From contig CBDCMR010000001.1 in NCBI GenBank assembly GCA_965219035.1, forward strand, positions 381,529 to 445,528: a DNA stretch of 64,000 bases, in the 5' to 3' direction. This DNA is from Longimicrobiales bacterium (GTDB lineage: Bacteria > Gemmatimonadota > Gemmatimonadetes > Longimicrobiales > Gaopeijiaceae). The notes below the pieces were generated by a model. It was not told where the DNA came from. It made no database searches and saw only the letters and a list, made by a program, of their open reading frames with translations. This document shows, one piece after another, positions 38,125 through 48,184 of the stretch (position 1 is its first letter; each line of letters begins with the position of its first letter). A program made the position numbers and the translations under genes.

Positions 38125-38544
38125 GTACTCGGTGTGGTTCCCCGGCAGCTGTCGTACCAGGAACTCGCCCACGAGGGACTCAGCCGTCTCCTCGAAGTCG
38201 CCACGATGCACGAGCGCAAACACCTGATGCAGCGGTTGGCGCAGGGCTGCATCGCTCTACCCGGCGGGTTCGGCACGCTGGAGGAGATCTTCGAAGTCCT
38301 GTGCTGGTCACAACGACCGCTGGAGCTGCACGAAAAGCCGTGCTGCTTCGCCAACATTGACGGCTACTACGACCACCTGTTCGCCTTCCTCGATCGTGCG
38401 ACCGCACAGGGTCTCTTGCTGCCGCAGAACCGCGCGCTCGCCAGCCAGGTGCCGAACGCCCCGGCGGCGCTGCGGACGATTCAGACCGCGTGGGACGACG
38501 CGGAACAGGCCATGCTCGACGTGATCAAGACATATGAACGGTAA
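38125..38544 (+). pseudogene. LOG-family (cytokinin riboside 5'-monophosphate phosphoribohydrolase-like, TIGR00730) C-terminal fragment
   Basis: ATMHERKHLMQRLAQGCIALPGGFGTLEEIFEVLCWSQ...KPCCFANIDGYYDHLFAFLD. The N-terminal ~50 aa, including the PGGxGTxxE-preceding Rossmann strand, are missing. Confidence 0.7.
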
Positions 38545-38836
38545 ACTATTGCCGTCGGCAGCACGGGTCCGCTGGCGTGGGACGCGGGTCTGATTCGCTC
38601 GTGCGGTCGAACATCTCTTGGTTCCTCTGTGGCGTCAGTCTTTCGTTCCGTCCTCCCGGAACTGGCCGCCCTGCCGACATCGATGTCATGCACCGCGGTA
38701 TAGCCCGTCGCCGCGACCCGTCGGCCGACCTCCGCCTCACTTAGAAGCACCCTCCGAGGCGGCATCCGGTCGTGCTCGGCCGCGCGCCGCAGTGCATAAG
38801 CGGGTCCTCATATGCCGGGTCTAGACCCTAACTGCC

Positions 38837-39337
38837 ATGGAGACGCTAACGAAGCACTTCGAATCGCGAGTGGGCGGGTTTCTCGAGCGCACGCGCCTGA
38901 AGCCGTCGACGTTCGGTCTGCGGGCGACGGGCGATCCGAACCTGATCCGACAGCTACGCCTGGGCCGCTCACCGACGCTAGCGACGGCTGACCGGATCCT
39001 GGAGTTCATCGAAACCTACGACGGGAACCAGGCGGATCGCGTTCCATCCCGGAGCGATCCGTTACCGGATGCTTCCATTAGAGAAAGAAGAGAACGGACG
39101 ACGGAAGCAATCCCACGCGAAATGGACATACCCGCCCGCATCCTGGGCCTACCGGGCGTCGAGGCCCGCACGGGGCTGTCGCAGAGCAAGATCTACCTGC
39201 AGGTGGCCGAGGGAAGCTTCCCCGAGCCGGTGCGTGCTGTCGTATGGATCGAGGAGGACGTGGATGCGTGGATCCGGAAAGAGATCGAGGCAAGCCGTGG
39301 CAGAGCTCAGGGTCCGGTGCGCCCGCCAGCATCCTGA
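38837..39337 (+). CDS. AlpA-family regulator, paralog of 14881..15399
   Basis: FESRVGGFLERTRLKPSTFGLRATGDPNLIRQLRLGRSPTLATADRILEFIETYDG N-domain plus AlpA HTH ARILGLPGVEARTGLSQSKIYLQVAEGSFPEPVRAVVWIEEDVDAWIRKE. Confidence 0.7.
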   Translation: METLTKHFESRVGGFLERTRLKPSTFGLRATGDPNLIRQLRLGRSPTLATADRILEFIETYDGNQADRVPSRSDPLPDASIRERRERTTEAIPREMDIPARILGLPGVEARTGLSQSKIYLQVAEGSFPEPVRAVVWIEEDVDAWIRKEIEASRGRAQGPVRPPAS

Positions 39338-39393
39338 CGATGACGTGCCCGACTATCCGCGAAAGCACTGGTTTCCCGCCTACCGTAGGCGTC

Positions 39394-39981
39394 TCACAGC
39401 CGGCGTCCGGCCCAGACGGCTCGGCCGACGACGCGGATCTCCTCGGCGAGGCGCTCGTGGCTGGCGTACTCCGGGTTGACCGACATGATCATCACCCTCG
39501 GCGGCTCGGAGTGGCGCACATGCTCGATCCGTCTGGCGACCAGCCCCATCACGTCCCAGACCACGAAGGTGCCCGGCGGGATCGGGACCTGCTGGGTCGC
39601 GTCGATCAGGACGCGATCGCCGCTCGAAAGGAGCGGCTCCATCGCGTCCCCGTCTACGGTGATCATCCGCAGATCTTCAGGCTTCGCCCGAAGCTCATGC
39701 CGAATGAGGGGATTGGGGAGAAGCCACGGCTCCTTGGTTTCCTCTGGCTCTTTCTTCCAACCCCCCGGACCCGCCGCCGTACGGGCGTCGATCTCGGCCA
39801 CTGCGACGAAGCCCTTCGGCGCGGCCCATCGGCCGGTCTTCCGTCCCCGTGAAGGCACCCTTCGAGGCGGAATTACGTCGTGTTTCAGCTCTTCGGGTCT
39901 GCAGCGCAGATGCTCCGCCAAGGCTTCGCGGTCGTGCTCGGCGAGGACGCGAGGCGTGCCACGGTGGACGAACTGGTACAT
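39394..39981 (-). CDS. S24-family (LexA/CI/UmuD-like) peptidase-domain repressor-like protein
   Basis: C-terminal ITVDGDAMEPLLSSGDRVLIDATQQVPIPPGTFVVWDVMGLVARRIEHV carries the S24 Ser and a Lys-bearing strand. Convergent with the AlpA-like gene. Confidence 0.75.
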   Translation of the reverse strand: MYQFVHRGTPRVLAEHDREALAEHLRCRPEELKHDVIPPRRVPSRGRKTGRWAAPKGFVAVAEIDARTAAGPGGWKKEPEETKEPWLLPNPLIRHELRAKPEDLRMITVDGDAMEPLLSSGDRVLIDATQQVPIPPGTFVVWDVMGLVARRIEHVRHSEPPRVMIMSVNPEYASHERLAEEIRVVGRAVWAGRRL

Positions 39982-40021
39982 ATAGGCTCGGTCTCGCCCG
40001 ATCGCGAGCGAAGACTGAACT

Positions 40022-40150
40022 GCCCCCTAGAAACGAGACCGAGTCCAGTTTTAGGATCCGGACGGGTCGAGACATGGAGAGGGAGGGCACAATGGCCGCA
40101 CGAAAGAGGCTGAGTCCCGCACAGGTCATCAACCGGCTGCGGAAGGCGGA
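40022..40150 (+). mobile_element. IS3-family left-end fragment (IRL plus first 28 codons of OrfA)
   Basis: TAGAAACGAGACCGAGTCCAGTTTTAGGAT matches TGAAACGAGACCAGGTCCAGTGTTAGGAT at 56516. MAARKRLSPAQVINRLRKAE matches MAAQKRMSAGQIINALRKAE of OrfA at 56583. Homology stops at 40150. Confidence 0.6.
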
Positions 40151-40214
40151 GCCTGGTCGACCCAACCAGTCGCTCTCTTGCTGATTTTTGAAAGTTGCAA
40201 CACATCCCTCCAGA
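40151..40214 (+). mobile_element. 64-bp IS6-family right-end fragment (identical to 45828..45891)
   Basis: Exact repeat gagcctggtcgacccaaccagtcgctctcttgctgatttttgaaagttgcaacacatcc ending in GTTGCAACACATCC, which is the RC of the IS26-like IR GGATGTGTTGCAAC. Confidence 0.7.
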
Positions 40215-40277
40215 GGGTTCTGGTGCCGATAGGATTATCGGGACGATAAGACCAGGAGTGCACCGCGGCGATGCGGC

Positions 40278-41000
40278 CTATGCTGCCATGACGTGACGCC
40301 AGATCACCGCGGGATTCGATTGCCATGGGATCGGAATTGCGAACTGGCGTTTGTGAATCTTCTGCGCCAGCTCAATGCCGATAATGACGCGTCGCGCATT
40401 GTAGAATGTCTTGAATCCCAACATCGGTTGCAATCGCCCCTTCACCCGGCCGTGGTCCTGCTCCACAACGTTGTTCAGGTATTGACAGCAACGAATCCTC
40501 ATCGGGTTCGGGCCCCGGAAGTTGAACTCCCCGTTCATCCCCATGCGTCGCAGGGCGCTATGGCTCGGCTGGTGGCCATCCAGGGTGATGCTGTGTGGCT
40601 CCCGATGATGCTTCAGTGCCTTGCGAAAGAAGGCCTTCGCCGCCGCAATGCCGCGTGTTCGACTGAGAAAGAATTCTACGGTGTTGCCTTGTCCATCCAC
40701 GGCTCGATACAGGTACATCACCTGGCCTCGCACCTTGATGAACGTTTCATCAACTCGCCAACTTCCACCCACCGGCCGCTCGAATCGGCTCCACCGCTTT
40801 TCGCAGATTTCGGCATAGCGAATGACCCAACGCAAGATCGTGGTGTGCGAAATCGATAAACCCCGCTCACCTGAGATCGCGACCAGGTCCCGGTAACTCA
40901 GTTTGAAGCGAAAATACCAGCGAAGGCAGAGGAGAATGATGTCGTCTTCGAACCAACGTCCGGCAAATAGAGGATTCCTTTCAGTTTTGCAATGCGCCAT
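40278..41000 (-). mobile_element. tnp: IS6-family transposase (element 1, distinct from element 2)
   Basis: 240 aa WRVDETFIKVRGQVMYLYRAVDGQGNTVEFFLSRTRGIAAAKAFF...CQYLNNVVEQDHGRVKGRLQPMLGFKTFYNARRVIIGIELAQKI, the IS26/IS257-type DDE. Confidence 0.9.
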
Positions 41001-41068
41001 ATCTCATTATCGCCAATCCCCGTTGGCTGTCTGCACCAGAACCCGTGAAACATAACCGCGCGTCTGAA

Positions 41069-42100
41069 TCACCCACGTGGCAGTCCGCGAGTGAGTGCCC
41101 TGAACAGCAGCGTTAGCGCCAGGTTCGAGCGGACCAGGCTGCTGGTGACGACGGTGACTGTCCGCACGCTGCGCCGCGAGATCTTGACCTGCCGGCCACT
41201 TTGGAACGCCGGCGTCGCGTGAATGCGGCGTAGCGTCAGCACAGCCATGCCCAACGCCCACAGGCAGTGTCGGCGGATGCCGGTTTCGTGGGCCGGGATG
41301 ATATGGATGTAGCGCAGCGCATTTGCCAGGTGACCGTGGGCGATGCCCACCAGGGTGAAAAGTCCATTAGCGAAGCGCGGATCGTTCCGGTTCGCTGACA
41401 GGGAGCGCAGGTCGAAACCGGCATCCAGGAAGACGTCCCGCGGCAACCAGCACGCCCCGCGCTGCCAGTCGTCCCATACATCCTTGAGGATGTTGGTCAT
41501 CTGCAGCCCTTGGCCGAACGACACGGATAACCTGAGCAACTCCTCCCGATGCGCGTTGATTTCCGCGGAATAATCGCAGAACAGCTCGGTAAGCATCTCG
41601 CCTACCACGCCAGCGACGTAGTAGCAGTAGCGGTCGAGGTGAGCTAGGTCGGCTAGGCCGACAACAGGAGTCGCCTGCAACTGAAAGTCCGCCATGCCTC
41701 GGGCCATGATTTGCACGCAGCGTGCGAGCGCCTCGCGCTGCGCGGGCTCAAACCCGCGTGTGATGCGGATTACGCGGGCAGTGTTGGCGATCAGGTCATG
41801 TTCACTAGTGGGGGTCGACGACGACAGCCCGGCACCGAGCTCGCGCGCGAACGGCTCCACGGTGTCCCGACCAGCGACAATGTCGATGAACCGTTCCCAG
41901 AACACCCGCTTCTGCCTGGCGGACAGCGCGGGCTCGTCTTCGATCGTGTCGGTAATCCGGCACAGGAGGTAGGCGTTTTCCACCACATCGCGGAGCCCGG
42001 TTGGAAGCTGCGGAATCGTGAGAGCGAAGGTGCGGGATACACGCTGCAGGAGTTCTGCCTGGTAGGCGAGATCGCTGTCTGATATCCCATCGGAGCACAT
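41069..42100 (-). CDS. squalene/phytoene synthase family prenyltransferase (HpnC/HpnD/CrtB-like)
   Basis: 343 aa. Aspartate-rich [10 protein letters not shown] and [12 protein letters not shown]...DxxxD-like region; SQS_PSY fold motifs. Confidence 0.85.
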   Translation of the reverse strand: MCSDGISDSDLAYQAELLQRVSRTFALTIPQLPTGLRDVVENAYLLCRITDTIEDEPALSARQKRVFWERFIDIVAGRDTVEPFARELGAGLSSSTPTSEHDLIANTARVIRITRGFEPAQREALARCVQIMARGMADFQLQATPVVGLADLAHLDRYCYYVAGVVGEMLTELFCDYSAEINAHREELLRLSVSFGQGLQMTNILKDVWDDWQRGACWLPRDVFLDAGFDLRSLSANRNDPRFANGLFTLVGIAHGHLANALRYIHIIPAHETGIRRHCLWALGMAVLTLRRIHATPAFQSGRQVKISRRSVRTVTVVTSSLVRSNLALTLLFRALTRGLPRG

Positions 42101-42252
42101 TAGCGGTAACAGGCCCTGGCATGACGGCGGCCTCCGAGGATGAGTGCGAAGAGGATGAATCCGAGGAAGACCACGTCAAGCTTGTCGAAGAAGATTCGGC
42201 GGAGAGCGTCGCGGGTCAGGTGCGAAAGCGCGGTAGCTTTGGCGAGTTCCAT
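42100..42252 (-). CDS. small hydrophobic ORF (50 aa) translationally coupled (TAATG) to the squalene-synthase-like gene
   Basis: [50 protein letters not shown]. Below the ORF-track length cutoff. Confidence 0.3.
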   Translation of the reverse strand: MELAKATALSHLTRDALRRIFFDKLDVVFLGFILFALILGGRRHARACYR

Positions 42253-42549
42253 CCGCGGATGGTAACAGAACCATGCCCGTCAGTGTTAAGACTCCCACAC
42301 GCCGCCCCTGGTGGCTTGGTGTGTGTGGCCAGTGGGCATGTATGTGGACTGGTTGAGGGTCCCTGTCAAGCCGAACGCTTTCTGTCTCGGCGGGGACCGC
42401 GCCGCTATCCGCATGCTCCGGCTCAAGTGCGCAAGCATCTACGCGCTACCAGGCCGGTGGGCCGGTACTCTTTGACCGCCTGCCGTCGCGGTCCAGTGTA
42501 TCGAGATCTCGGCCGCGGGTGTCGTGGCAATCGGTGTGACACCTTCCCG

Positions 42550-43488
42550 CTATTGGGCAACGGCGGCTTGGCTCAGTTTTGGAAGCAGGCTGAAGCGAAC
42601 GTTCTCGACGATGCCATCCATCGTCGAGAGTTCGACGTCAACGTATTCCCGCATCTTCGCGATGAGGTCCTGCACCAGTTCCTCGGGGGTCGAGGCACCG
42701 GCGGTAATGCCGGCGCTCTTCTTGCCGTGGAGCCAAACCGGATCGAGCGCCGACGGATCCTCGATCAGATAGGTCGGCACGCCGCTGTCGTTACTGACCT
42801 CGCACAAGCGGTTTGAATTGGAGCTGTTCTGGGCACCGACCACGAACACCAGGTCCACGAAGGAGGCGAGCGTTCTTACGGCGGCCTGACGGTTCTGGGT
42901 CGCGTAGCAAATGTCCTTGACCCCCGGGCCGACAATCTTGGGGAATCGATTGCGCAGGGCTGAGATCACGTCCCGGGTGTCGTCGACCGACAGAGTCGTC
43001 TGTGTGATATAAGCAACTCTGTCGGGGTCGCGGACCTGGAGCATTTCCACATCGGCCACGTCGCCCACCAGCAGTACCCGCCCCGGGATCTGACCCACGG
43101 TGCCCTCGACCTCCGGATGGTTTTCATGACCGATCAGAATGATGGTGTAGCCCTTGGCGGCGTAGCGGCGCCCCTCGATGTGTACCTTGGAGACCAGCGG
43201 GCAAGTAGCATCCAGCGTCCGCAGGCGGCGCACCGATGCGTCCTGCTCGACCTTTGCCGACACGCCGTGGGCACTGAATACCGTGAGGGCCCCGCTGGGA
43301 ATCTGCTCGACTTGGTCGACGAAACGCACGCCCTTCGCCTTCAGATCCTCCACGACGCGCCGGTTATGGACGATTTCGTGGCGCACGTAAACCGGGGGGC
43401 CGTATTGATGCAGGGCCGTTTCGACGATTTCGATGGCGCGCTCGACACCGGCGCAAAAACCGCGCGGTTGTGCCAAGATGACTTGCAT
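42550..43488 (-). CDS. ispH: 4-hydroxy-3-methylbut-2-enyl diphosphate reductase IspH/LytB
   Basis: [23 protein letters not shown]..., [36 protein letters not shown], the conserved Cys triad. Confidence 0.95.
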   Translation of the reverse strand: MQVILAQPRGFCAGVERAIEIVETALHQYGPPVYVRHEIVHNRRVVEDLKAKGVRFVDQVEQIPSGALTVFSAHGVSAKVEQDASVRRLRTLDATCPLVSKVHIEGRRYAAKGYTIILIGHENHPEVEGTVGQIPGRVLLVGDVADVEMLQVRDPDRVAYITQTTLSVDDTRDVISALRNRFPKIVGPGVKDICYATQNRQAAVRTLASFVDLVFVVGAQNSSNSNRLCEVSNDSGVPTYLIEDPSALDPVWLHGKKSAGITAGASTPEELVQDLIAKMREYVDVELSTMDGIVENVRFSLLPKLSQAAVAQ

Positions 43489-43719
43489 CGTGCTTCTCCT
43501 GATAGGCCGCATAGCGCGCAATTTTGATTACGGGGAATGACCCACCGGCTGACCGATGTCAATGGCGGTCGTCCGGATCGTTGCACTGCTCGGTTCTAAT
43601 GCGGGCTTTTCCCACGGATTCCTCACCTAACACTTAACTCCTTTCGATCTGTGGTACAAGCTTGAAAGCGATGGATTTAGTTGAGGGTAGCGAGACGACG
43701 GAGTCGGAACTGCACTTCG

Positions 43720-45891
43720 AAGGGTTGTGTTGCAACTTTGGCGGACAGCGGCTGGTAACCTGAAGAGATCATGAAAAAGACAATCCGACCGGCGATCTTC
43801 AAGTGGCGACAAACCGAGCCCGAGCCGATTCTTTGCGCCGTGCGCTGGTACCTTCGGTACTCGCTCTCGTTCCGCGATGTCAAAGAGCTGTTCAGCGAGC
43901 GCGGCCTGGAGGCGGACCACACGACAATCTGGCGCCGGGTCCAGCGCTACGGTCCCGAACTGGAGGCGCGGCTGCGCCGTCATCTCAAGCCAACCAACAG
44001 GTCCTGGCGGGTCGATGAGACCTACGTTCGTGTCAAGGGCCGTTGGTGCTACCTCTACCGAGCCATCGATTCCACCGGCGCCACGACCGACTTCGTGCTC
44101 TCGAGGTTGCGCGATGCCGCTACGGCCAAACGCCTGTTCCGCCAGGCGCTGGGTCCGGTAAAGAGACATGGTACACACTTAAGTAAAGGGACATGGGTTA
44201 CAGTCGGCACCTCTGAAAGGAGGAGGCCGATGCCGTTCGAGGAGACTCATGTCATGGAAGAGAGAACGCGGTTTATCGAAGAAGCCCATCGCAGTCTTCG
44301 GAGCTTTGCTGCGGTGTGCGATCGATACGGGATTAGTCGCAAGACGGGCTACAAGTGGATGGATCGATGGCGGCGAGCCGGGCCAGCAGGTCTGGAGAAT
44401 CGAGCGAGTCGACCCGGGCATTGCCCATGGGCTACGCCTAGTGAGGTGGTCGAGACGATCCTCGAGGTTAGACGCAAGTATGACGACTTCGGGCCGAAGA
44501 AGATCCGGTGGTACCTGCAGACGCATCGGCCGGAGCTAGCACTGCCCTCACGACAGACGATGCACAACATCCTGGTGCGTCACGACCTGGTGCCGAGGCG
44601 TCGGCGAAGGGTGCGCCGCTGGCACCCGGGTCGACCCGATACCAACGCATCTGAACCGAACGGGACGTGGACGGCCGACTTCAAGGGCGAGTTCCCGATG
44701 GGTGACGGTGAGCTGTGCTACCCGCTTACTGTGCAGGACATGCATTCGAGGTTCGTACTGGAGTGTTGGGGTCGTCCGGACGTGACAATCGACGGCGTGA
44801 TCCCAGTGTTCACGCGGCTATTTCGCCAACACGGTCTACCCGAACGGATCCGTACGGACAACGGCACTCCCTTCGCTTCGAACGCACTAGGCCGTCTCTC
44901 TCGGCTGTCCGTGTGGTTCATTCAGGTGGGCATTCTGCCTGAGCTCATCGAGCCTGGCTGCCCTCAGCAGAACGGCAAGCACGAGAACATGCACCTGGTG
45001 CTAAAGAGGCGTACCACCCGACCTCCGAGCTCCAACATGCGGACCCAGCAGCAAGCGTTTCGAAGATTCAGGAAGCTCTACAACGAAGTCCGGCCTCACG
45101 AGGCGTTGGACGGTGCCGTGCCCTCCAATCTCTACCGACCCTCACCTCGACCCTTCCCGAAGCAACTCGACCCGGTCACGTATCCGGGCCACTTCGAGAC
45201 CCGGCTCGTCAGCACGAACGGTGGCATCCGCTGGTACGGGGACCGTGTGCCCGTCGGCCGATTCTTCGCTGGGCATGAAGTCGGACTGGAAGAGATTGAC
45301 CACGGTCTCTTTGAGGTCTACTTCGGACCCATCTGGCTAGGACGCTTTGTTGAACCCAAACGCCTCATCTTCGACTCCCTCGGACGAGGGAAGAGACGAA
45401 CTGGAGGCACTTGCAAAGGACGGAGAACTGTTACTCAGGTCTCTTGACTTAACTGTTACCCAGGTCCTTTACCGCTCAAGACGAATCCGTCGCATCGGCA
45501 GCCCCGGGTTATCTATACGGACCAAGCACGCCTCTATGGCGCGGCGATTTCAGGAGTGAAGCAGGAAGGAATCCTGCGACACCGTTGCCGTCACCGGCCG
45601 ATCCAATACTTGAACAACATCCTGGAGCAGGATCATCGAGCGATCAAACGACGCGTGAAGGCCAAGCAGGGCTTTCGTGAATTTCACGCGGCACGGCGAA
45701 CGATCCAAGGATTATGAGGCAATTCACATGATCCGGAAGGGTCAGGCGAGGTGGGTGAGCGGTTCGGATGTTCGGCAACAGATTCAGTTCATCAACAAGC
45801 TGTTCGAAGTGGCCGCATAAGACGGAGCCTGGTCGACCCAACCAGTCGCTCTCTTGCTGATTTTTGAAAGTTGCAACACATCCGAATGGAC
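43720..45891 (+). mobile_element. tnp: IS6-family element 2 (IRL GGTTGTGTTGCAACTTT ... IRR GTTGCAACACATCC), transposase interrupted by IS481-family copy A and frameshifted
   Basis: Tnp N-terminus MKKTIRPAIFKWRQ...WRVDETYVRVKGRWCYLYRAIDSTGATTDFVLSRLRDAATAKRLFRQALGP. It resumes after the IS as ...RVIYTDQARLYGAAISGVKQEGILRHRCRHRPIQYLNNILEQDHRAIKRRVKAKQGFREFHAARRTIQG, then YEAIHMIRKGQ...FINKLFEVAA in the +1 frame. Net IS6 length is ~860 bp. Confidence 0.85.
44157..45469 (+). mobile_element. tnp: IS481-family insertion sequence, copy A (transposase 44229..45447)
   Basis: Imperfect terminal IRs GGTAAAGAGACATGG.../...CCAGGTCCTTTACC. Tnp MPFEETHVMEERTRFIEEAHRSLRSFAAVCDRYGISRKTGYKWMDRWRRAG (HTH) plus integrase core ...IRTDNGTPFAS.... 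Near-identical to copies at 55020 and 63094. Confidence 0.85.
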
Positions 45892-46936
45892 CGGTGCTGA
45901 CCCCAAACAACTGGTCCTTGATCCGGGTTCGAGATGCCTGCCAGTCATACCCGCCACTTGATGCCGTTTCCCCGCCCTTTAAGCACGGCAGCATCAGGTA
46001 TGGTAGGACGGCAAGTGCAGCAGATCGCGCAGTCTGGTTGAACCGGCGAATGATTCAGTAACCCGTTGCTACGCTGGCGGTTATCCGGTCACCGATACGC
46101 TGTGGATCACTTCGGATATACAAAACGAACGGGCCGCTGCAGCAGGGGTTGGCCGCGCCCGATACGAGGCGTCGCCGGGTGAGCGCCGACCGAAGGTAGC
46201 CGTTCGGTCGTGGTGTGATGACGCGGACCGGGAGGAGGTTGAAAGTGGCTGCCATCAAAGGAGTCCGGTCGCCCGTGCGCACCGAGCCTCACCCGTCGGC
46301 AGGGTGATTCCATACCTCGACCGAACGGTTACGACCGAAGCGATCCCACTTTGGCCGACTCATGGACGACCGGTCGGCCTATCTGGCCAGCGAGCGTCGA
46401 AACGGGGAGGCCGCTGGTCCGGTCCGTTGAAACGCCGCGCCCATTAGCCGTCAGCAGCTCGGGGCGTCGGAGAGGAGAGCGTGCCGGGTGCTCGGGCAGC
46501 CACGCACGACCCAGCTACCGGCCAGCCACCTTTTCGGCGTTGACTTCTACTGCATCGTATCCGCGCCCGCCTGGCAGGCCGCTTGATTCCTGAGAGCCCA
46601 TGGCCCCACTGCACCCGACTGCCCCCACGATCCGGTCGCCGACCATCAGAGCTCGGCATGGCGAACAATCAACTTCTCGAACGTCATATCAAGCTTATTG
46701 CGATCACGCAGTACCCTGAACCCTTTTTGCAGGTCGGGGCTGCGCATCAGTCTGGAAAGCGCGGCTATTGGGACTGTGCCGTTCGATCATCTGCCGCGTG
46801 CGCTACGCTGCGCCTCCAACAGGATGTCGGGATTCTCGTGGACCAGTCACCCATGGCAACGTTCACTTCCAATTCCTGGTGAGTCCGCGTTCGGGCAGGT
46901 CGGTCGTGACCGCCAGCCTGCAGCCGTCGTCGGTTA

Positions 46937-47326
46937 TCAACTCCGGCGCGCCAACCACCACCAGGCGATCCACACCGGCAGGCTGATCACGGCCGCATAG
47001 ATCGCGATCGCCAGCGGCCCGAGCAGCCCCGCCAACAGCGACGCCGCCACCGTGACAGCACCGAGCCCGATGCCCGCCCACCAGGCGCCGCGGCGGTAGC
47101 CCAGATGCCAGAGCCGCCGGCAACCCAGCGCCAGCGGCAGGCCGCAGGGCGCGACGAACACCAGCCCTCCCCCCGACATCAGCATCGCCATTACCCACAT
47201 GCCGGGCGGCACCGATCCCGTCCCCGGTCCGAAGCGCACCGCCGCAGTCGCCATGACACCGGCCGGCAGCCACAGCAGCGCGAGCAGCCAGAAACCGCGG
47301 CGCCGGATGAATCCCCTCGTCTCCAT
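46937..47326 (-). CDS. hypothetical 4-TM membrane protein
   Basis: METRGFIRRRGFWLLALLWLPAGVMATAAV... with four hydrophobic segments. No recognisable family. High-GC region with many overlapping spurious ORFs. Confidence 0.3.
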   Translation of the reverse strand: METRGFIRRRGFWLLALLWLPAGVMATAAVRFGPGTGSVPPGMWVMAMLMSGGGLVFVAPCGLPLALGCRRLWHLGYRRGAWWAGIGLGAVTVAASLLAGLLGPLAIAIYAAVISLPVWIAWWWLARRS

Positions 47327-47762
47327 GCCCCGACTATCGCAACCGCTTCCCCGTGGAGCAAGAGCAAAGCGTGCGCCGGGCGAACGCCCGGGACGCCAAA
47401 GGACCAAGGTGTAAGGACCAAGGTGTATTGATACGGTCATCACCTGACAGTTAAGGCCGCCGGCGCGCGACCGTTAAGAGTCGGGCGCGGCGGCGGTGGC
47501 CACGCCGCTCCCGGAAGGGTTTAGGAATCGTTTTTTCACAACATCCGAACCTTTCGGGAGAACGACATGACGACCCCTGAACTGACGGATTTGGGGGATG
47601 CCAGGGTTCTGAACGAGCTGAGCGGTTCGATACCGCTCACAGATACTCTCCGGGCGACGGTCTCACTTGAGTGGCGACGGGACTCACGCCCGCCGGAGGG
47701 CCTCTCGAACGGTGACTTCAATCTTCGCACTGGCCTCAGCGTAGACCTCTGATCAAACCACG

Positions 47763-48003
47763 ATGAACTCGGAGGGCGCATCACACCCCACACCCCTTGG
47801 GAACCGAATACGGCTCGCCTTCAGCCGACCGGGCAAGCCGACCGACAACTCCCATATCGAGGCGTTCAACTCGCTGCTTCGGCGTGAGTGCCTATCGGCA
47901 ACACTGGTTCATCGATCTCGAGGACGCCCAGCGGGTCCTCGATCACTGGCGGACCGACTACAACAACTTCCGCCCGCACGGAAGCTTAGCGTGTTCCTCC
48001 TGA
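47763..48003 (+). pseudogene. IS3-family OrfB (DDE integrase) C-terminal remnant, frameshifted
   Basis: RIRLAFSRPGKPTDNSHIEAFNSLLRRECL... and ...WFIDLEDAQRVLDHWRTDYNNFRPHGSL in two frames. Confidence 0.6.
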
Positions 48004-48130
48004 TCTCGTAGAACTGCTGCCGGCTGTTGTAGCCCACGATCTTGCACGCCTTGCTCACCTTGCCGAACTCCTGGGCCAGCTGTAGCAGACTCAGCTTGCG
48101 GCGTGCTATCGTTCCCCTCTGGACGGTGGC
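47996..48130 (-). pseudogene. transposase N-terminal HTH remnant (ISL3/IS481-type SKACKIVGYNSRQQFYEIRR motif)
   Basis: Reverse translation ANTGEKIATVQRGTIARRKLSLLQLAQEFGKVSKACKIVGYNSRQQFYEIRRNT. Confidence 0.45.
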
Positions 48131-48184
48131 TATCTTTTCTCCCGTGTTCGCGGCGAATCTGAAGCGACGCTAGGAGGTCGGCTC

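Noticed and set aside
45892-46936. Several 60-100 aa ORFs in a 1-kb gap after IS6 element 2
   Set aside because: No coding-like periodicity or motifs and no ncRNA consensus (tmRNA, RNase P) recognised. Treated as non-coding or decayed DNA.
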